Source: Terriglobia bacterium (GTDB lineage: Bacteria; Acidobacteriota; Terriglobia; Acidiferrales; UBA7541). From it: a stretch of 64,000 nt of DNA. Shown in pieces: positions 57,431 to 64,000 of the stretch. The notes beneath the pieces were generated by a model that ran no database searches, was not told the DNA's origin, and saw only the letters and a list, made by a program, of their open reading frames with translations. The stretch spans positions 2,976,001 to 3,040,000 of the forward strand of contig OY968796.1 of NCBI GenBank assembly GCA_963695545.1. Reading direction: 5' to 3'. How positions within the stretch are numbered: the stretch's first letter is position 1; each line of letters begins with the position of its first letter. Position numbers and translations under genes: made by a program.

Positions 57431-57912
57431 CCCGCGAAAGTTCGCGGCCGGTCGGCGCCGAGCAGCGGTTGAAAGAACTTGGCATCGAGTTGCCGACGCC
57501 GCCTGAGCCGTTCGGCATCTATGCGGAAGCCGTGCAGACGGGCAATCTGCTATTTCTGACGGGAATGCTTCCCACCGAAGGCCGCGCCGCGAAATTCGTC
57601 GGGCGCGTCGGCGCGGAGCTCGATGTGGAAGCCGGGCGTGCGGCGGCGCGCCTCGCGGCACTCAACGTCCTCGCCGTCGCGCGGCAGCATTTGGGTTCGC
57701 TCGATAAAATCACGCGGGTCGTCCGGCTCGGCGTGTCCGTGGCTACTTCGGGAGATGTTCGCGATCAACCGAAAGTCGCCGACGGCGCTTCCGAGTTGCT
57801 GCAAGACGTGTTCGGAAAAGACAAGAACCCTTGCCGCCTGGTGTATGGCGTCGCGAGCCTGCCGCTCGGCACGCCGGTCGAGCTGGAAGTTATTTTCGAG
57901 GTGGTGGTGTAA
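57424..57912 (+). CDS. RidA/YjgF family protein
   Basis: AVQTGNLLFLTGMLP, VADGASELL, GVASLPLGTPVELE. Confidence 0.88.
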   Translation: MVTRESSRPVGAEQRLKELGIELPTPPEPFGIYAEAVQTGNLLFLTGMLPTEGRAAKFVGRVGAELDVEAGRAAARLAALNVLAVARQHLGSLDKITRVVRLGVSVATSGDVRDQPKVADGASELLQDVFGKDKNPCRLVYGVASLPLGTPVELEVIFEVVV

Positions 57913-58008
57913 CAGAGATAGCGAGAGGCGCGGATCCACCGTGGCCCGACACGCAATCGTCTTTGCGGTTCGTTCCGCCTATAATCCAGACAGAGGAGCA
58001 AATAATTT

Positions 58009-59013
58009 ATGTCGCACCATTACTCCGGTCCCGATTTTGGGTTTCCGCATGGCGATGCCCGCCTGGACTTCACTGATTTGTATGCTTTCCCGAAGCCCGG
58101 GGACGCTGGCAAGTCGATCCTGATCATGAACGCGCATCCGTCCGTCGGTGTGAACCCGCCTGGGCCCACGATGGCCGAACCCTTCGCCCCCCAGGCGGTG
58201 TACGAGCTTCGGATTGACACTAACGGTGATTTCGTCGCCGATATCGCCTACCGAGTGCGCTTCTCGTCCTCCAAGGACGGCGCGCGGAGCGCAACATTGC
58301 GCCGGGCTGAAGGCGCGCAGGCCGCCGGAGCAGGTGACGAAGGGCAGACGATCATCGAAGCAGCACCGGTCTCGACCGGGCCGGAGATACGGGTGACCGA
58401 CGCCGGGGGCTACCGCTTCTTCGCCGGCTGGCGCAGTGATCCCTTTTTCTTCGACGTGCAGGGCGCCCTGAACAACCTGCAATTCACCGGTGACGATTAT
58501 TTCACCGACAAGGACGTGTGCAGCATCGTGCTGGAGGCGCCCAACTCCGCCCTCGGTTCTCAGAAGATGGCACTGTGGGTTCGCACTCTCGACGGCGCCG
58601 GCGGGAAATGGGCTCAGGCGGATCGTGGTGCGCGGTCCAATCAAACTCCGTTCCTTGCCGGCGAGCAGAACGCGGCCTATCTCGCTGCGGAGCCGGCGGG
58701 CGATGCTCGTTTCGTCCCCGTCTTCGCACACGCGCTGGAGCACACTGGTGGATATACGCCGGCGGAAGCAACTCGAGTGGCCGGGACCCTGCTGCCGGAC
58801 GTCCTCCATTATGATCCCACGCGGCCGGCGTCTTACCCGGACAGTGGCCGTGCACTCACTGACGACGTCGTAGATTTTTTCCTTCCCCTCCTTACAAATG
58901 GAAAGGTGACGCAGGATAAGGTAGGGCCCCACAAAGATCTGCTCGCGTCGTTTCCTTACGTCGGTCCGCCGCACAAGGACCGAACTGCGGAACTGGCGGC
59001 CGGCAAGGCGTAG
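58009..59013 (+). CDS. DUF4331 family protein
   Basis: MSHH..LDFTDLYAF, FAGWRSDPFFFD, GRALTDDVVD, FPYVGPP. Confidence 0.85.
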   Translation: MSHHYSGPDFGFPHGDARLDFTDLYAFPKPGDAGKSILIMNAHPSVGVNPPGPTMAEPFAPQAVYELRIDTNGDFVADIAYRVRFSSSKDGARSATLRRAEGAQAAGAGDEGQTIIEAAPVSTGPEIRVTDAGGYRFFAGWRSDPFFFDVQGALNNLQFTGDDYFTDKDVCSIVLEAPNSALGSQKMALWVRTLDGAGGKWAQADRGARSNQTPFLAGEQNAAYLAAEPAGDARFVPVFAHALEHTGGYTPAEATRVAGTLLPDVLHYDPTRPASYPDSGRALTDDVVDFFLPLLTNGKVTQDKVGPHKDLLASFPYVGPPHKDRTAELAAGKA

Positions 59014-59044
59014 GTCGTCGCGTTACGAACGATCGCGACGCGCG

Positions 59045-60010
59045 ATGGGTAAGGTAACTCGGCGAAAGGTCATGAAGATCGCGGCGGCGGCCGCGGCCAC
59101 CGCGGCCTTGCCCGCGCGTTGGACATCGGCCAGCGCCGCAGAAAAGGAACCTCCCGTGAACTACCCGACTTTTTATCGCACGACAAAAATCGATGGCCTC
59201 TCGATTTTTTACAGAGAGGCCGGCCCGAAAGATGCGCCAACGCTTCTCCTGCTGCACGGATTGCCTTCTTCATCGCGGATGTTCGAGCCTCTCTTCGCGC
59301 GCCTTTCCGACCGCTACCACCTCGTGGCGCCGGATTACCCGGGCTATGGGCACAGCGACTGGCCGGACGCAAAGAAATTCGCTTACACGTTTGATCACAT
59401 CGCCGAGATCATGAATCACTTCGCGGAAGCGCTCGGCCTTTCGCGCTACACGCTGTACATGCAGGATTATGGCGGCCCCGTCGGTTTTCGCATGGTCCTG
59501 GCCCATCCGGAGCGCGTCGAGGCCCTCATCGTCCAGGACGCTGTGGCGCACAACGAAGGACTGGGCGCGAACTGGAAAACGCGCCGCGCCTTCTGGGCCG
59601 ATCGCGCTGCCAACGAAGCCGCTCTGCGCACAAATCTCCTTTCGCTTGCGACCACGCGGGCGCGCCACGCGGGGGACGATCCCAACCTCGAACGCCATGA
59701 CCCCGATCTCTGGACCGATGAATTCTACTTTCTCAACCAGCCCGGACAGGGCGAGATTCAAGTTGACCTCTTCTACGATTACCGCACTAACGTTGAGAAC
59801 TATCCGAAGTGGCAGACCTGGATGCGCGAGAAGCAGCCGCGCCTGCTGGTGATCTGGGGCAAGTATGAGTCGTCGTTCGATCCCTCGGAGCCGGAATCCT
59901 TTCGCCGCGATGTGCCGAAGGCCGAGGTGCACATTGTCGATGGGGGCCATTTCGCGCTCGATACCGCGGCGGACCAGATTGCGCAGCTCGTCCGCGATTT
60001 CATGAAGTAG
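59045..60010 (+). CDS. Tat-signal alpha/beta hydrolase (epoxide hydrolase-like)
   Basis: VTRRKVM, LLHGLPSSSRMF, QDYGGPVG, GGHFAL. Confidence 0.88.
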   Translation: MGKVTRRKVMKIAAAAAATAALPARWTSASAAEKEPPVNYPTFYRTTKIDGLSIFYREAGPKDAPTLLLLHGLPSSSRMFEPLFARLSDRYHLVAPDYPGYGHSDWPDAKKFAYTFDHIAEIMNHFAEALGLSRYTLYMQDYGGPVGFRMVLAHPERVEALIVQDAVAHNEGLGANWKTRRAFWADRAANEAALRTNLLSLATTRARHAGDDPNLERHDPDLWTDEFYFLNQPGQGEIQVDLFYDYRTNVENYPKWQTWMREKQPRLLVIWGKYESSFDPSEPESFRRDVPKAEVHIVDGGHFALDTAADQIAQLVRDFMK

Positions 60011-60136
60011 CGTTATCTAAGCCGCGACTGCGAACAAACGCCGGGTCCCGAAATATTGGGGGAACCTTATTGCGGTCAGGCGAATCTAACTTACCAGGGC
60101 CGCTATGAGGTGGAGTTGCAGAGGAGGTTCACGAAC

Positions 60137-61276
60137 ATGACCATTTTGGGACATGACGCTAAGAGCTCATGGTCTCTGCTGCGTAAAGGAATCGTTGTCT
60201 CCCTGATTTCCGCGGGGTTGATCGTCGCGACCTTGCCCGCGGATCTGGCGGCGTATCCGCAAGACGCCCAGACGCCACCGCAGAGCGCGCCACCTCCAGA
60301 CCAGAGCGCGCAGGCCCCGCCGCCATCCACGCCGCAAACTCCCGAGCAGTTGCAGCAATTGGTAGCGCCGATTGCTCTGTATCCCGATTCGCTCGTGGCG
60401 CAAATCCTGGCGGCAGCCACTTTTCCCGAACAGGTCGTTGAGGCCGATCGCTGGCTCCAAGCGAATCCCAATTTGACCGGCGACGCTTTGGCCAAAGCGG
60501 TCGACCAGCAACCCTGGGATCCGAGCGTCAAGGCGCTCACCGCGTTTCCATCCGTCCTCGCCAACATGGACAAGAATATTTCCTGGACCTCATCGCTGGG
60601 AGACGCTTACTACAATCAACAGCAAGATGTGATGGACGCGGTTCAGGTGATGCGCCAAAAAGCGCAGCAAGCCGGCACTCTAAAAGACACGCAGCAGGAG
60701 ACTGTGCAGACGCAGGGATCGACGATCGACATTGAACCGGCAAATCCCGATGTGGTCTACGTCCCAGAATATGATCCATGGTTGGTTTACGGATATCCAA
60801 TAGCGCCTTGGCCGTATTGGTACGACGAGCCTGGGATCTGGTTCGGCGGCCCCTACATCTCGTGGGGACTTGGATTCAACATCGGCTTCTTCGGCGGGTT
60901 CGGATGGGGCTGGGGACACTGGGGATTCGATTGGCGCGGCGGCTATCCGATCTACGACCATGCCAGGTACTACTCGCACAGCGCGACGTTTTACAACCGC
61001 GGCAGCTACTATCGCGGCGGCGGCCAGCGTGGCGTAAATGCGAATGTGCGCGCTGGAATGGGCAGGTCGGCCGCGCGCGGGTACGGTGACGCTCGCGGCC
61101 AAAGCGGCGTTCGCTCCGGCGCATTCAGCGGGTACGATCGTGGCGGAGCCGTTCGAAGCGAATCGTCACGCGGAAGGTCCAGCTTCGGTGGCGGTGGCGG
61201 CGGAGGATCACGCGGTGGCGGCGGATCTCGTGGAGGCGGTGGCGGATCGCATGGCGGTGGCGGCGGCCGTCACTAA
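60137..61276 (+). CDS. DUF3300 family protein with Gly/Arg-rich tail
   Basis: LVAPIALYPDSL, WDPSVKAL, QQDVMDAVQVMR, VYVPEYDP; GAGGAGG RBS. Confidence 0.9.
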   Translation: MTILGHDAKSSWSLLRKGIVVSLISAGLIVATLPADLAAYPQDAQTPPQSAPPPDQSAQAPPPSTPQTPEQLQQLVAPIALYPDSLVAQILAAATFPEQVVEADRWLQANPNLTGDALAKAVDQQPWDPSVKALTAFPSVLANMDKNISWTSSLGDAYYNQQQDVMDAVQVMRQKAQQAGTLKDTQQETVQTQGSTIDIEPANPDVVYVPEYDPWLVYGYPIAPWPYWYDEPGIWFGGPYISWGLGFNIGFFGGFGWGWGHWGFDWRGGYPIYDHARYYSHSATFYNRGSYYRGGGQRGVNANVRAGMGRSAARGYGDARGQSGVRSGAFSGYDRGGAVRSESSRGRSSFGGGGGGGSRGGGGSRGGGGGSHGGGGGRH

Positions 61277-61333
61277 TCGCAATTTCCGAATGTTCCAGAC
61301 AGCTTGAGAGATCGAGAAATGGAGAAAAGACAC

Positions 61334-62305
61334 ATGCGGCGAACAAAGCTGAACGCGGAATATTTGCACTGGGGTGACCTTCTGAAATTGGCCACCATCG
61401 CTCTCATTTTGACTTGCTGCACTCCCATGCGTTCGCTGGCGCAGCAAGCCGGCCAGAAAACATTTGCGTCAGCGCAAGAAGCGAGCGCCGCGCTGTTCAC
61501 TGCGGCCCAGAATAACGACGAGCAAGCCATGCTCGCCATTCTCGGCCCCGATGGAAAGCAAATCGTCTCGTCCGGTGATGACACCGAGGACGCCGAGAGC
61601 CGCGCCAACCTCGTTGCCAAATACCAGGAAATGCATCGCTTGATGAAAGAACCCGATGGAACCACCACGCTCTATATCGGCGCGGAGAATTGGCCGATGC
61701 CCATACCGCTCGTGAACAAAGGCGATGTGTGGTACTTCGACACCGCAGCGGGCAAGATGGAGATTTTGTATCGCCGAGTTGGCCGGAATGAGATGTCGAC
61801 CATCGTCGTTTGCCAGGAACTCGTGGCGGCGGAAAAAGAATACCAGGCCACACAGAGCGAATACGCGCAGAGAATTCTCAGCGACGAAGGCACACAGAAT
61901 GGCCTGTATTGGAAAGTTGCGCAGGGCCAACCACAAAGTCCCATCGGGCCGCTCGTCGCTTCGGCCGTCGCGGAAGGTTATCGCAAGGATCAATCCGGCG
62001 CGCCCACTCCGTTCCACGGCTACTATTTCCACATCCTCACGATGCAGGGAGCGCACGCTCATGGCGGCGCTGAAAATTACATTGTGAGCGGCAAGATGAC
62101 CCGCGGTTTTGCTTTCGTGGCCTATCCCGCCGACTACAGATCATCCGGCGTGATGACGTTCGTCGTTGGCGATGATGGAGTCGTCTACCAGAAAGATCTC
62201 GGCAAGGAAACCGGCGTTCTCGCGAAAGAAATGAAGGTTTATAATCCGGATCCCACTTGGCACAAGGCCGAAGATCAGTTGGAAGAATCGGCGAGCGAAC
62301 GGTAA
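61334..62305 (+). CDS. DUF2950 family protein
   Basis: WPMPIPLV, RRVGRNE, GLYW, PFHGYYF, YRSSGVMTF..VYQKDLG. Confidence 0.9.
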   Translation: MRRTKLNAEYLHWGDLLKLATIALILTCCTPMRSLAQQAGQKTFASAQEASAALFTAAQNNDEQAMLAILGPDGKQIVSSGDDTEDAESRANLVAKYQEMHRLMKEPDGTTTLYIGAENWPMPIPLVNKGDVWYFDTAAGKMEILYRRVGRNEMSTIVVCQELVAAEKEYQATQSEYAQRILSDEGTQNGLYWKVAQGQPQSPIGPLVASAVAEGYRKDQSGAPTPFHGYYFHILTMQGAHAHGGAENYIVSGKMTRGFAFVAYPADYRSSGVMTFVVGDDGVVYQKDLGKETGVLAKEMKVYNPDPTWHKAEDQLEESASER

Positions 62306-62567
62306 ACGAAGTTCCGAGATCTGCTCAATTGCCCGCTGACGCTCGGAAGCGGTCGAGACGGCCGCTGATCGTCCTCGAAACGACGTAAATTACACAGCAA
62401 GCAGTTACCCGCCTTCCCCTAGAGTCCGCCTGGGCGCCGCGCCGCTAAGTCGCGCAATCGAACAATTCCCTCCGTAGCACGAGTCCAGACGCTTCGCCAA
62501 AACATCAAAAACGATGGGAGATGCGGAACAGGATTTACGGCGATGCATTAAAGGGAACCGGCTCGCT

Positions 62568-63656
62568 ATGGGCATGACGCGGTACGGCGGCGAAGAGGGC
62601 ACATACGTCGAGGCGCCTCGGGTGCATGGCGCGGCTGCGCACGGCCGCGAGGTCGCGCGCTGCTGGTTCTTCATCGCACGGTCGTTGGCGATCGAAATCC
62701 TCGAACCGTGCGGCGCATTTGAGTGGGTCGCTCTGTTCTATCTCGGGGTCAGCGGCGCCCTGATGCTTATTTTTCACCAGAATCTCGCGCACGCCGCATT
62801 GCACATCACCGCGCATTTCGCCGTCATGGCCGGGATTCTGCTGATCGTGAATGTCGCGGATCGCTTCGGCGGCTACGGCCTTTCGCGTGCTCGATTTGCC
62901 CCGACGTTTCGTTGGATCCGCAATTGGTATCCGCAACTTGTCTTTCTTTTTTGCTTCGAGGAACTCGCAATCCTCGTTCATCTGATTTTTCCGGCGTGGC
63001 GGGATTCCATTCTGATTGCGTTCGACCACCGCCTCACGGGCGTCTATCCCGCAGTGTGGCTCGCGCAGTATTCAAGCTTCTGGCTCAACGAGACGATGCA
63101 AGTCGCCTACATCAGCTACTTCCTGTTCCTCACGATCGTTGGAGCTTCCATTTATCACCGTCGCCGCGTCCACTCGGACGCCTCGCACTCGGCCGATCCG
63201 TTCGGAGCCGACGCATTGCGCGCATTCTGGACGCTGATGACCGCTTCGATCGTGGCCTACTCCATCGGCTATTTGATTTCGATTTTCTTTCCCGTGGAAG
63301 CGCCGTTCTTCGCCATGCGCTCATTCCATTTGGCGCCGCTCAGTGGCGGCCCCGCCACGCGTCTGATCAATTTCATCGAAGGCTGGGGGCGCGTGCGTGG
63401 CGGCGCGTTTCCGTCGGCGCATGTCTCGGGGTCGTTCGTCGCGCTGATTGGCGCGTGGCGCTACCGCCGCTATTTGTTCTGGGTGTTTCTCCCATTCTTC
63501 ATCGCGATGTGCGTCTCCACAGTTTATTGCCGATACCACTACATGGCCGACGTGTTTGCCGGACTCCTCGTTGGGGCGGTTGGTTTCCTTCTTGCTGACC
63601 GGCTCATGGCCGTCCCCGGCGCGAATCCCGCTGAGCGCGCCAGCCTTCAAAGCTGA
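62568..63656 (+). CDS. PAP2-family membrane phosphatase; start uncertain
   Basis: Multi-TM; AFPSAHV and STVYCRYHYMADVFAG. Confidence 0.85.
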   Translation: MGMTRYGGEEGTYVEAPRVHGAAAHGREVARCWFFIARSLAIEILEPCGAFEWVALFYLGVSGALMLIFHQNLAHAALHITAHFAVMAGILLIVNVADRFGGYGLSRARFAPTFRWIRNWYPQLVFLFCFEELAILVHLIFPAWRDSILIAFDHRLTGVYPAVWLAQYSSFWLNETMQVAYISYFLFLTIVGASIYHRRRVHSDASHSADPFGADALRAFWTLMTASIVAYSIGYLISIFFPVEAPFFAMRSFHLAPLSGGPATRLINFIEGWGRVRGGAFPSAHVSGSFVALIGAWRYRRYLFWVFLPFFIAMCVSTVYCRYHYMADVFAGLLVGAVGFLLADRLMAVPGANPAERASLQS

Positions 63657-63794
63657 GCGCAGCTCCGCCGTAAATATGCACTCAAAAGTTGGAAAGATAG
63701 CGCTCGCCGTTTACACTGATCGCCAAGAGTCGACCGCGTGCGCCGCGTCATCGCGCCTCATGCGCGAACGGTGAGTTTGGCTCGGAGAAACGTG

Positions 63795-64000
63795 ATGGTT
63801 GAAGCGGCAAAAAGTCTATTCCTGTTTGTCAGCGCGTTGTTTCCGATCGTCGACCCGCTCGGAGGAAGCCCCATCTTCCTGGCTATGACCAGACAATACT
63901 CACCGGGTTCGCGCAGGGCCCTGTCCTGGCGGATTGCCATAAATAGTTTTTTCTTGCTGGTGGGATCGTACTTCATCGGAAATCATGTGCTTTCTTTCTT
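63795..64000 (+). CDS. marC: MarC family membrane protein (5' part, runs off the window)
   Basis: Manual translation MVEAAKSLFLFVSALFPIVDPLGGSPIFLAMT..ALSWRIAINSFFLLVGSYFIG; GGAG RBS; not in the ORF track. Confidence 0.8.
   Translation, partial: MVEAAKSLFLFVSALFPIVDPLGGSPIFLAMTRQYSPGSRRALSWRIAINSFFLLVGSYFIGNHVLSF

Noticed and set aside
61190..61270. GGC/GGT-rich repeat
   Set aside because: Simply encodes the Gly-rich tail usual for DUF3300 proteins

Overview
GC-rich bacterial chromosomal window. Gene content and style suggest Acidobacteriota; this is inference, as no taxonomic marker gene is present. 1-36 kb is mostly core genome: aroA; an ECF sigma / ZAS anti-sigma / B-box / LiaF-like / DUF4097 envelope-stress operon; nrdR; lipid A genes (lpxL-like, lpxD); a tightly coupled hopanoid operon (shc, hpnH, hpnA, hpnG-like, two Zn-dependent dehydrogenases, an HpnC-HpnD fusion, hpnE); DUF72; a prolyl oligopeptidase; an HPF-like gene; a ~1.8 kb Crp-carrying insertion bracketed by a diverged ~190 bp duplication; a Tat-exported glycoside hydrolase; an IclR-HTH/sugar-binding fusion regulator; and a lipoprotein. 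At 36 kb tRNA-Lys(UUU) carries a 6.6 kb integrated element. It has a 23 bp att duplication, readable arm-type repeats, a tyrosine integrase and excisionase, and cargo of a PD-(D/E)xK nuclease-like gene with a small partner, vapBC, an IS3, TetR and an RHH-like protein. 42.7-64 kb is an accessory region (ClC channel, hydrolases, GH35-like, idnD/yiaK, DUF4331, DUF3300/DUF2950, PAP2, partial marC) with REP-like and heptamer repeats. The strongest novelty candidates are (1) an NAD/NADP-split dehydrogenase pair inside the hopanoid operon, possibly the unassigned side-chain reduction or epimerisation step, (2) the two-gene nuclease module on the island as a possible defence system, and (3) the diverged-duplication insertion. 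All protein-family calls are from motif recognition by eye; no database searches were run.
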